Source of the DNA: a virus | Lineage: Duplodnaviria > Caudoviricetes | Direction: 5' to 3' (one strand) | IMG/VR virus record: IMGVR_UViG_3300033066_001904 | Coordinates: 22,763-86,762 of that record | Length of the DNA: 64,000 nucleotides | In this document: positions 1 to 8,247 of the stretch, one piece after another | Layout of the letters: each line of letters opens with the position of its first letter | How positions within the stretch are numbered: the stretch's first letter is position 1 | The notes under the pieces: generated by a model | Seen by the model: the letters and a program-made list of their open reading frames with translations, nothing else | Database searches by the model: none | What the model was told of the DNA's origin: nothing | Translations under genes and position numbers: made by a program

Positions 1-746
1 AGAACAAATCTTGTTCTTTCATGAAAGTCTTTTTGATCATCTAAGCCAGGCATACAAACTACTTTACTTAAAGGTATTGAAAATTTTGTGATAAAGGAAT
101 CAAAAATTTCCTTAATATCATCTTCTGTTGATATAACAAATTTGAATTGATAATTTGGGTGTTCCATTATACGTTGTATGGCGAATGGAATTATACGTTT
201 ACTTTCAGGCATTCCCGAATTAGAAAGTTTAGGAGAACAGTTGATTTGATTAATAAAATTCTCAAATAATGGATATTCAATATAACACGTTCCATTAGTT
301 TCAATTTCTTTAAAAGAAAAAATGGGTTCATCTTCATTTTCAAACCAATATTTGAAAAAATTATAGATAGATTCTTGATGCTTAGGTAGAGTAGGTTCTC
401 CACCTGTCCACACAATATGGATTAAACCAGACATTATATCATTATATATTCCTTGTTCTTTCCACCTATCTATAAGATATTGAAAATCACGTTCTGTACC
501 TTTAGCCCATACGGGAATAGTATCACATGTCCAGGTTGCATCTCCTTTAGCATGGAGATCCCCTCTAAAAGTTCCTGGGTCGAAATCCACTTCATCTTTT
601 TTGAATTTATTTACAAATGCAGGAGTTGCCCCACACGATAAATTACAATTAGCAAGACGCACAAAATATGAAGGTACCCCACTTGAGATTCCTTCACATT
701 GAACTGAGTAAAAATCCTCAGATATTAATAGTTTGTTCGGGTTCAT
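1..746 (-). CDS. queE: 7-carboxy-7-deazaguanine synthase QueE (radical SAM), C-terminus runs off the window
   Basis: Translated by hand (absent from ORF track): MNPNKLLISEDFYSVQCEGISSGVPSYFVRLANCNLSC...WTCDT...IVWTGGEPTL...EIETNGT...INCSPKLSNSG...FKFVI; these are QueE hallmark motifs; no stop before position 1. Confidence 0.92.
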   Translation of the reverse strand, partial: MNPNKLLISEDFYSVQCEGISSGVPSYFVRLANCNLSCGATPAFVNKFKKDEVDFDPGTFRGDLHAKGDATWTCDTIPVWAKGTERDFQYLIDRWKEQGIYNDIMSGLIHIVWTGGEPTLPKHQESIYNFFKYWFENEDEPIFSFKEIETNGTCYIEYPLFENFINQINCSPKLSNSGMPESKRIIPFAIQRIMEHPNYQFKFVISTEDDIKEIFDSFITKFSIPLSKVVCMPGLDDQKDFHERTRFV

Positions 747-993
747 TTATTTTAAATTTTTCTATTTCTTCAGAATCATCTGGTATTTCTAGAAATGCTT
801 CTGAGTGATGTATACCTTCTATTTCTAGAAGTTCGTACCATGTACCTTCCATAAACGTAACACCTGGATGTTTAATATTTGTCCAAGGTTGGGAAAAAGT
901 TTCTGCTTTAGTTACATGGTATACTTTTCCTTTTTCTACAGAAATATATTTAGTAGGATACCAGTATTTGGTTTCAATACAAATAACTCTCAT
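718..993 (-). CDS. hypothetical protein
   Basis: 91-aa ORF in operon context; its 3' end overlaps the QueE start. Confidence 0.6.
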   Translation of the reverse strand: MRVICIETKYWYPTKYISVEKGKVYHVTKAETFSQPWTNIKHPGVTFMEGTWYELLEIEGIHHSEAFLEIPDDSEEIEKFKINEPEQTINI

Positions 994-996
994 AAC

Positions 997-1197
997 CTAT
1001 GATTTTTTCTTTTTCTGGTAAGACTTTTTAGTTTCTTTTTCTACTTTAGGTTCCTCTTCCTTAAGTTCTAATACAGGACGTGTATTTATTTTCCACTCTG
1101 ATTTAGAGACATATTTAAAACCTTTATGCTTTACAGCATTTTCAGCTACTTCATCGGGTACTCTTTCGTACTCTCCATTTTTGAATATTGTTTTCAT
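997..1197 (-). CDS. small Lys/Glu-rich hypothetical protein
   Basis: 66-aa ORF with A-rich leader. Confidence 0.65.
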   Translation of the reverse strand: MKTIFKNGEYERVPDEVAENAVKHKGFKYVSKSEWKINTRPVLELKEEEPKVEKETKKSYQKKKKS

Positions 1198-1219
1198 AAA
1201 TTTTATTTTTCAACTACGA

Positions 1220-1247
1220 AAGCCCCCATCTTGCAAAATGGGAGCTT
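1220..1247 (-). terminator. GC-rich hairpin, probable terminator after the vWA gene
   Basis: Minus strand AAGCTCCCATTTTGCAAGATGGGGGCTT stem-loop; weak U tract. Confidence 0.5.
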
Positions 1248-1278
1248 AAGTTTAAGTAATAGCAAAACCGGTCACGTT

Positions 1279-2406
1279 TTACTTATGATCTAGTTCATAT
1301 AGAAATTTAGTATTTGGATCTAATTTTCTATTATATGAAGTTGATTGTATGAATATATCATACTTTTTAGCACAGTCAAGTGTTTTAGGATTAACACGAC
1401 CTCTTGTTCCTAAAGGAACACCAATTTGTTTTCTACACCATACTGTATCTGATTTAGTTTCTCCTGTAGCCTTATCAACCATTAAAACTTCTTTATTTTC
1501 TTGAATAGTTTCAGTTAAAATAAATTGATAAAATCCACGTCCTTTCTTAAATGTAGCCCCATTATCTTCTACGAATTCTTTTATTACTCGAGGTGAGGTT
1601 CCTACTTCTAGTACCTGGAATCTAGATTCAATATCTATTGTAGCTGTTCCATCTCCAGAACCATAATCTTTAGTAGATCTAGTTCTAGATGTTCTACCCC
1701 CAGAGTAATATTCTTCTTCATCCTCTTCAAATTCTTCAGATACAATAATTCCCTTAAGACGAGAAAACATTCTTTTTAGGGAATTGTTTGTTTTAAATTC
1801 TTCACTAGAAGATTCATATTCTTCTAGTTTTCCTCCCTCTTGATAAGCAATTGCCGTTATATATTGTGTAATATGGGCAAATTGCATTAAATCTAATTTA
1901 GGGGTTCCACACATTTTAGCTATTCCATTATAAAAGAAACTTCCTTTGTAATAGTGGAGAGCTTGAACTGGGTAGACTTTGATTCCATTTTCCATACACT
2001 TGGAAACTTCCTCTTTCCAATTTAACTTGTTTGTAAAGCTTCCGTATTTGTATCCTACTTGGTGTGGGTGGCAATCTCCAATTAAAATTGCTACTTTATT
2101 TTCTCCTTCAGTCCATGAAAATTTAGAGTGCATATAGTTAATTGCTAACTCATAACACTCATCAGCATCACCTCCACCTGTTTGTCCACTCCAATTAATA
2201 AACTTTTCAATTATTTTTCGGTCATTGGTAAGATCAATGTGTTGGATTGTATCCCTATCACAATAATCTCCGTGAATAATAATTCCTATCCTTGTTGCAG
2301 GATCTAATTTAAAAAGTTCATCAACTAATTCTTTGATACTTCTACGTACCTGTGCTCTACATGATGACATTGAACCTGTGTCATCAAATGATATTACTAT
2401 TTCCAT
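1279..2406 (-). CDS. von Willebrand factor A domain protein with additional C-terminal domain
   Basis: N-terminal ISFDDTGSMS MIDAS-like motif, TGGGD..ECYE, AILIGD. Confidence 0.8.
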   Translation of the reverse strand: MEIVISFDDTGSMSSCRAQVRRSIKELVDELFKLDPATRIGIIIHGDYCDRDTIQHIDLTNDRKIIEKFINWSGQTGGGDADECYELAINYMHSKFSWTEGENKVAILIGDCHPHQVGYKYGSFTNKLNWKEEVSKCMENGIKVYPVQALHYYKGSFFYNGIAKMCGTPKLDLMQFAHITQYITAIAYQEGGKLEEYESSSEEFKTNNSLKRMFSRLKGIIVSEEFEEDEEEYYSGGRTSRTRSTKDYGSGDGTATIDIESRFQVLEVGTSPRVIKEFVEDNGATFKKGRGFYQFILTETIQENKEVLMVDKATGETKSDTVWCRKQIGVPLGTRGRVNPKTLDCAKKYDIFIQSTSYNRKLDPNTKFLYELDHK

Positions 2407-2426
2407 AATTTAAATGTTTTTGAGGA

Positions 2427-2783
2427 TTAAGATATTTTTTCTAACTTTTTACGTTTAGAAAGTTCACTAAATAAATCTACTACAACAGAATCTTCTCCTA
2501 GGGAGACAAATTCTTTTGTGAAGCTCTCATTAGAGAGACTTCGATGTTTGCTTGATAAAGTTTCGTAAAATGTCTTACTTCTTTTTAGTAAAGCATTTCG
2601 AATATGCATATCAGGCATACCCTTAATCTCAATTAAACCATTTTTTTCGGATAAGTAATACCCTCTTGGAATTTCTCCTTCCAATTTTGTTAAATCGACT
2701 GTTTCACCTAGAGACTTTGCGATTGCTAGGATTTGTTCGGCGGAGCCTTCAACGCATGCGCCTGTTTTGAATTTGTATTTCAT
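2427..2783 (-). CDS. hypothetical protein (likely start MKYKFK at 2783; the 2810 ATG lies in a terminator)
   Basis: ORF 2427..2810; the upstream extension overlaps a hairpin. Confidence 0.6.
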   Translation of the reverse strand: MKYKFKTGACVEGSAEQILAIAKSLGETVDLTKLEGEIPRGYYLSEKNGLIEIKGMPDMHIRNALLKRSKTFYETLSSKHRSLSNESFTKEFVSLGEDSVVVDLFSELSKRKKLEKIS

Positions 2784-2805
2784 AATTAAAGTTTTAGAAA
2801 AGAAA

Positions 2806-2828
2806 AACATCCCCTTTTGGGGGATGTT
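2806..2828 (-). terminator. rho-independent terminator
   Basis: AACATCCCC/GGGGATGTT stem followed on the minus strand by TTTTCTTTT. Confidence 0.75.
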
Positions 2829-2848
2829 ATATTTTGGAAAAAGAACAT

Positions 2849-3067
2849 TTAGGCAGAATAGTATTTCACTATTTCTGTATTTTTTGCTCTGTTTCTTGAG
2901 ATACGATACATTGCACTAGCAATAGGATCGTTTACGTTTCTACGTCCAGAAAGAATATTGCAGATGTGAGACTTTGAATAATTAGTCATTTCCGATAATC
3001 TATCCAAATCACCTTTTCTTGTTCTTGCTTGATAGAACGTTAGTTTGGCTGTTTTGTTTAACTTCAT
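2849..3067 (-). CDS. small XRE-like helix-turn-helix protein
   Basis: LDRLSEMTNYSKSHICNILSGRRN fits an HTH pattern. Confidence 0.7.
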   Translation of the reverse strand: MKLNKTAKLTFYQARTRKGDLDRLSEMTNYSKSHICNILSGRRNVNDPIASAMYRISRNRAKNTEIVKYYSA

Positions 3068-3086
3068 AAAATTTAAAGTTGTATAT

Positions 3087-3110
3087 TAAAGATAAGAAAA
3101 AAATTTTGAA
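3087..3110 (-). promoter_or_regulatory. putative host-RNAP (Bacteroidota-type) promoter
   Basis: Minus strand TTCAAAA-N9-TATCTTTA; same arrangement at 6123, 13308, 54794. Confidence 0.5.
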
Positions 3111-3124
3111 AAAAAAAGAATTTT

Positions 3125-4021
3125 TTAAACGACATGTTCAGCTAGTACATGTTCAACATGCGCTTTAGCTACTTCCCAAGATACGGGGCCTGTTTCATCA
3201 GCATAAGCTACAGGATCAGGGCGTCCTAATTTTAGGAATGCTTCTATTCTTTCTACAGATGAAGCTGATTTGTAGTCAGAAAACCAGGCTGAGTATCCCA
3301 TTGTTTCTCCGGTTAGAGATTTAGCTGGTAGATTTTGTATCAAAATTGGTTTATAACTTGTATTAGTACGTTTGTATACTTCATCAAAGTCTAATCCTAA
3401 TTCATCACAGCATCTAATACCATCATATAGAATACCGTATTTGTTTACATAAAGATAAGGAGTATACATACTAACATATTCTGAATCCCAGTTGCCTATT
3501 TGAAATGCTGTAAAATCAGCGTCTCTGAAATCTTGGCGGCAATCAGGATATATTGCATGATCACCAGCGTGAATCCCCATTGCTATTATACATTTGGTTT
3601 TATTTTTAGTTGCTAACGATAAAGCGACCGCTTGTATCAGTGAGGAAAATATTTTATTTCTGTTGGGAACAACAGTTTCTTTCATATTTTCTTTTTCATA
3701 GTGACCTTCAGGCACATCTTGTCCACCTTCTACTAGTGATGAATTTAATAATTCGGTAATTCCATCAATTTTAATTATTTGATGTCTAACTAGATTGTTT
3801 TTACACCATTCATCAAAATTCTCTAATCTAACCCCTGATACTTTGAATAAGGTTTTATTAATATAATCAACTAATTCTTTAGCTCTTTCTAATTCTAGTC
3901 GATGTTTTTGACCATAATCGAAAGATAAAGCTGTTACTTGATATCCTTCTGCTAGTAAATGTAGTAATAATGTTGATGAATCCATCCCACCACTTAGTGA
4001 GAGTACTGCTTGTTTTTTCAT
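3125..4021 (-). CDS. queC: 7-cyano-7-deazaguanine synthase QueC
   Basis: SLSGGMDSST PP-loop, SFDYGQKH, TVVPNRN, GIHAGDHAIYPDCR. Confidence 0.95.
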   Translation of the reverse strand: MKKQAVLSLSGGMDSSTLLLHLLAEGYQVTALSFDYGQKHRLELERAKELVDYINKTLFKVSGVRLENFDEWCKNNLVRHQIIKIDGITELLNSSLVEGGQDVPEGHYEKENMKETVVPNRNKIFSSLIQAVALSLATKNKTKCIIAMGIHAGDHAIYPDCRQDFRDADFTAFQIGNWDSEYVSMYTPYLYVNKYGILYDGIRCCDELGLDFDEVYKRTNTSYKPILIQNLPAKSLTGETMGYSAWFSDYKSASSVERIEAFLKLGRPDPVAYADETGPVSWEVAKAHVEHVLAEHVV

Positions 4022-4187
4022 AAATTAATTTTATTAAAGGTTTAGGCAGTATTATTTTAGTTAAACGATTAGCCCTAATAACCGTTGCATTACAATATGC
4101 GTAATAACATTTATTATTAAATAAGGTATGATAACCACATAAAGGACATTTTTTTCCTGTTGAATTAAAGGTATGTAATGCAATCAT
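3879..4187 (-). CDS. possible small Cys-rich (zinc-ribbon-like) protein
   Basis: CPLC...CYYAYC near the N-terminus; start coupled to upstream stop (TAATG); 3' part overlaps queC out of frame. Confidence 0.35.
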   Translation of the reverse strand: MIALHTFNSTGKKCPLCGYHTLFNNKCYYAYCNATVIRANRLTKIILPKPLIKLIYEKTSSTLTKWWDGFINIITTFTSRRISSNSFIFRLWSKTSTRIRKS

Positions 4188-4978
4188 TATTGTATAAATT
4201 TTGCAAATTTTCTTATATTAAAGATAATAAAATCTTTTATGACTTCAAATTTAGATTTATCTTTTAGCTCAAAAAATTCTTTTAGTTTTTCTGTAGGTTT
4301 GGAAAATAAACCATTGTATGGGTATGTTGTTTCTAAACAACCTAAAATTACTGGGTTTGCTGTGTCAATTGAATTGATTGTTATTTCTTCGTAATATGCA
4401 AATTCTTGTGGTAATGAACATCCTAATAGGTGGATATAATCTCCATCTTTTATAATTCCCTTCTTTTTAAGTTGAGATACCAACCATATTCTTCCCATCA
4501 TTTGATTTACTAATGGATTAGGATGAGCCATAATATTTTGATATTGCTTTGAAGAATGATTAAATGCAAAGTGATCGTATCCAATAGCTTTACATTCTAA
4601 ATACAGATTTGCAATATCAGCATAAAATTCTCCTTGCATAACCACCATTAGTTTAGTTCTTTCAGGAAGTGCTACATTTTGTACCCAATATTTAGCAATT
4701 TTATATGTTGTTTCGGCATCATTCCATGTATCGGGAACAATAAAAATATCTGGTTCTACATCCCAAATTATGTTTAATAATTCATCTAAGGTAAATATAT
4801 CACCTTCAAATAACCCATTATCCATTATTATAAATCTTCCATCTTTTCTAGCCTTTAGAAAATGATTTTTATATTCTTCATCAGAATAAAATGATGGAAG
4901 TAAATATTCATAATCGTTTACTTCATAACTGTACGAAAGCATCCATTTTGGAAGTTCGTGGCTTTTTTGTAATATCAT
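4187..4978 (-). CDS. TGT-fold transglycosylase, DpdA-like (candidate DNA 7-deazaguanine insertase)
   Basis: FIIMDNGLF, IHLLG and SIDT motifs resemble TGT/DpdA TIM-barrel motifs; lies between queD and queC. Confidence 0.7.
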   Translation of the reverse strand: MILQKSHELPKWMLSYSYEVNDYEYLLPSFYSDEEYKNHFLKARKDGRFIIMDNGLFEGDIFTLDELLNIIWDVEPDIFIVPDTWNDAETTYKIAKYWVQNVALPERTKLMVVMQGEFYADIANLYLECKAIGYDHFAFNHSSKQYQNIMAHPNPLVNQMMGRIWLVSQLKKKGIIKDGDYIHLLGCSLPQEFAYYEEITINSIDTANPVILGCLETTYPYNGLFSKPTEKLKEFFELKDKSKFEVIKDFIIFNIRKFAKFIQ

Positions 4979-5226
4979 ATAATTATATTTTTTATAAGTA
5001 CATCCGGAATTATTTCATTGAATATGAAATTTACAAATTCAATTTCATTAATTGTCCAAGTTTCTTTATTATTTAATTCACCAGCAAATTGTACTAATGC
5101 TTCTTTTAACCCAGGTTGGGTAATATTATTATGGATAACTTCATAAATAAAATCTTTTGAATCATTTAAATATGAATAAGATGATATTGTATCTCTTAAT
5201 ATATTAATTAAATCTATATTTTCCAT
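4975..5226 (-). CDS. hypothetical protein
   Basis: 83-aa ORF coupled to neighbours. Confidence 0.55.
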   Translation of the reverse strand: MENIDLINILRDTISSYSYLNDSKDFIYEVIHNNITQPGLKEALVQFAGELNNKETWTINEIEFVNFIFNEIIPDVLIKNIII

Positions 5227-5417
5227 TGTTTACCATATTCTCTTTTAAAGAAAAACCAAATTTTTAAACAGTTTAATTCATATTTAAAATGAATATCTTC
5301 ACTTTCAAAATTATCAATTATGTCTAATGCCATTTGGTGGTTATCAGTATCTGATGATTCTAGCATTTCTTTTAGAAAATCATACATTTCTTTATTTTTT
5401 CCTGTCATCATATTCAA
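5214..5417 (-). CDS. hypothetical protein
   Basis: 67-aa ORF overlapping neighbours. Confidence 0.5.
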   Translation of the reverse strand: MNMMTGKNKEMYDFLKEMLESSDTDNHQMALDIIDNFESEDIHFKYELNCLKIWFFFKREYGKQWKI

Positions 5418-5958
5418 TTATTCCTTTATCTAAGGCATATTGAAATACTTGTTCATAATTAGCATTCATCCAATTATTTGCTTCTATGTCGGAAATTGAC
5501 TCCTTAGTACATTTTGTGTAGCAATTGGGAGTTTCATATAAGATAATCTGACTTATTCTTAGATGTTGATATCTAGAGAACAGAACCATCATTGCTAAAA
5601 ATAGCTCTTTAGCTATATTTTCTACTGAAGGATTACAGTATTCATTGCTGCCATTCAGTGACATTAACCATAATTTACTACTTGTATCGTTAGTAGCTTT
5701 TATAACTATTTCATCTTTAGGATTAAGAATCATCCCGTGATCTAATTTATCGTCTATCCATTGACAACCAACTCTCTTAATTTCTTTAAAATCAATAGCA
5801 TAACCAATTTCAGCCATTTCTTCAAATTCAAATTCTAGTTCGTAGAGATAAGTATGACCATGCATGTTAAAACATTTCATTTTTTCATTCATAACTCTAT
5901 GACCGGAGTCAAAAGTGCCTTTTCGTACAATATGTTGTATTTTATTCTTTGCGGCCAT
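5392..5958 (-). CDS. queD: 6-carboxytetrahydropterin synthase QueD
   Basis: FDSGHRV...CFNMHGHTY, IDFKEIK, LDHG, PSVENIA, LYETPN. Confidence 0.93.
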   Translation of the reverse strand: MAAKNKIQHIVRKGTFDSGHRVMNEKMKCFNMHGHTYLYELEFEFEEMAEIGYAIDFKEIKRVGCQWIDDKLDHGMILNPKDEIVIKATNDTSSKLWLMSLNGSNEYCNPSVENIAKELFLAMMVLFSRYQHLRISQIILYETPNCYTKCTKESISDIEANNWMNANYEQVFQYALDKGIIEYDDRKK

Positions 5959-6313
5959 TATCTATTATAGTGTTTTTTAAAAGTTCTAATGCTCTATCAA
6001 AAGATTCCGACAATTTTTTGAGATAATTAGGGTCGGAAATTAAATTAGGGTTTAATTCTAATTCTTTATTAATATTTTCTATTTCTGTTTTTATTTGTTC
6101 TAAGTCCATAACTAAATTATAGTAAATGTAAAAAAATTTCTTTGACAAAAAAAATTCCTTAGCTATATTCGTATTATTTTTTTTATATTTGGGATCAAAA
6201 GGACAATGTCGACATCCATTTCCGCAACACTGTCCTCTTTTTATATGAAAAAGATGTGTAAATATTATTCTATCATTATCTTCATAATAATCTATATTTT
6301 TTATAAGACCCAT
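5942..6313 (-). CDS. DUF5522-like Cys-rich domain fused to a helical C-terminal part
   Basis: HIKRGQCCGNGCRHCPF motif; internal ATG at 6109 (MDLEQIK). Confidence 0.65.
   Translation of the reverse strand: MGLIKNIDYYEDNDRIIFTHLFHIKRGQCCGNGCRHCPFDPKYKKNNTNIAKEFFLSKKFFYIYYNLVMDLEQIKTEIENINKELELNPNLISDPNYLKKLSESFDRALELLKNTIIDNGRKE
6123..6146 (-). promoter_or_regulatory. putative host-RNAP promoter inside ORF 5942..6313
   Basis: Minus strand GTCAAAG-N9-TACATTTA just upstream of the ATG at 6109. Confidence 0.45.
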
Positions 6314-6315
6314 TT

Positions 6316-8172
6316 CTAAACTATTTCACACATTCCTCCAAAACATGCTAAATTATCTTGTAAAGATGTATTATCATCTATTTCTATCACTTTAGATAAA
6401 TCTATTTCGTGTAAATGCTTACTGTATTTATTGTATTCTTCTTCTGTAATAGTTTCATAAGGAGCTTGAATATATGTACCTAAATCTTCTGGTAAGAATG
6501 ATAATGCTGTAAAAAATGATTTATTAGTCCATATCCATTCTCCTACTCCTTCCCACTCGTGAGGTTTAATATTAACTGTAGCACTAACATTATTTGTATT
6601 GCTACCTTTTCTATGACTAGGTTTTATCCATTCTTTATTAAAACGTTTAATTCGTTCTAGTAAATCTATAGCATTTTCCTTTGTACGAATTATAGCATTA
6701 GTTGGGGCTTTTATAGGTACTGTAACTATAGCTTGAATGTTGGCTTTAAAGAAATCATCCTCTAATAATTCAGGTTGATATATTTGTAGGTATGTATAAA
6801 TAGCTTCGCTTTTACCAATTCTAATTCTTCTAAGGAAATATAAATCGTGCCAAGCATGAATTCCTGATGATGTCCCTAAAACTAAAGAAGATGTACCTTC
6901 TGGTTTAATGGTTCCAGATCTTGCAGCTTTATTAATTCCTATTAATTTAGCTACTCTTTCATTTTCTTCTAAAAGAACTCTAGAAGCTTCTTGTATATCT
7001 AGATTTAGAATATCTCCACTAGCAATTCCAGTCATGGAAACTCCAATAAGAGCTTCTTTTTCAGTTACCTTTTTCCAAACATCTCTTAAATAATGAAAAT
7101 CAGTATAAGAAGCTTGTAATGTACCTATAAAAGTTGCTGCTCTTACGCGTTCATTTAAATCTTCTTGAGATTCAAGATTAGCAGCATTGATCGTTGTTAA
7201 ATTACAAAACTGATTAGATTTTAAACTAATTTCAGCACATGGGTTGGTTCCCATGTCTTTATCATTTGTAAAAATAAACCCAGGTTCTCCACTATTAGAA
7301 TATTCTATTTTTTTCCACAAATCTAAAAATGATTCTTTATCTATTTCTGATCGTAGTAAAACTGCTGAATTATTTGCTCTTCCTCGTTGTGGATTTTCTT
7401 CCCACCAATTTCCAAATTTACAAGATAACATCTCTTCATCATCTAAATTAAATAGAGCTATTAAAGCTGCTCTTCTTATTCCTCCTGACAATACGGCGTC
7501 TGCTAAATGGCATATTATATCATGGCATTCTAATGAAGATAATTTATCTCCATCATTTTTATTATCTAATATAGATTGTATATGGACAAGACATATTTTT
7601 AGTGGTTCAGGTCCAGGTGCTTTTCCCCCAGCTGTTAATAATTGAGAACCTTTAGTTCTAATATCTCTAAAATCAAATAGAGGAACATATGATGACATTC
7701 CAAAATATGATTTCATTAACATTTTAACAGCGTCTGCCCATCCTTCTATTGAATCACCTATAAGGTATCTTTTAGATTTTAGGGGTTTTCTGATTTCTGG
7801 TAATTTTTCTATGTGGTGTGTTTGAACTGAGTATCCTACTCCACAACCTGCTAACAGTAGGAACATTATTTCTGAAAATGCCCTATAATCATCTATGGGT
7901 AGATAACTACAATTAAACATTCGAGCATTATTAATTTCTATTGGTTTACCTGCGAACTGTATCGATCGCATTGATGGTAGTACTTTTTTATCATAAACTA
8001 ATTGATATGCTTTATTAATTTCATCTTTTAATAAAGGAAATTTATTTAAATGCATATTTTTATTTCTAGTAACAATTTCTTCCCAAGTTTCTCTTCTTTC
8101 TTTCTTTGTTAAATACTTACTATATTTCATCCAAATAGTAAGATCACTCAATATTTTTTGATTAATATCCAT
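6316..8172 (-). CDS. nrdJ: class II (adenosylcobalamin-dependent) ribonucleotide reductase
   Basis: FNCSY, GGIRRAALI, TNPCAEI, IKPEGTSS, C-terminal CFGGMC. Confidence 0.92.
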   Translation of the reverse strand: MDINQKILSDLTIWMKYSKYLTKKERRETWEEIVTRNKNMHLNKFPLLKDEINKAYQLVYDKKVLPSMRSIQFAGKPIEINNARMFNCSYLPIDDYRAFSEIMFLLLAGCGVGYSVQTHHIEKLPEIRKPLKSKRYLIGDSIEGWADAVKMLMKSYFGMSSYVPLFDFRDIRTKGSQLLTAGGKAPGPEPLKICLVHIQSILDNKNDGDKLSSLECHDIICHLADAVLSGGIRRAALIALFNLDDEEMLSCKFGNWWEENPQRGRANNSAVLLRSEIDKESFLDLWKKIEYSNSGEPGFIFTNDKDMGTNPCAEISLKSNQFCNLTTINAANLESQEDLNERVRAATFIGTLQASYTDFHYLRDVWKKVTEKEALIGVSMTGIASGDILNLDIQEASRVLLEENERVAKLIGINKAARSGTIKPEGTSSLVLGTSSGIHAWHDLYFLRRIRIGKSEAIYTYLQIYQPELLEDDFFKANIQAIVTVPIKAPTNAIIRTKENAIDLLERIKRFNKEWIKPSHRKGSNTNNVSATVNIKPHEWEGVGEWIWTNKSFFTALSFLPEDLGTYIQAPYETITEEEYNKYSKHLHEIDLSKVIEIDDNTSLQDNLACFGGMCEIV

Positions 8173-8247
8173 TCTTGATTCAAATTTTTAATTATTAAAG
8201 TAATACATCATAACTTATAAGTTGTGTACATATAAATATTTATAATT

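Noticed and set aside
191-641. ORFs 191..415 (-) and 453..641 (+)
   Set aside because: Shadows of the real queE frame (746 to window edge)
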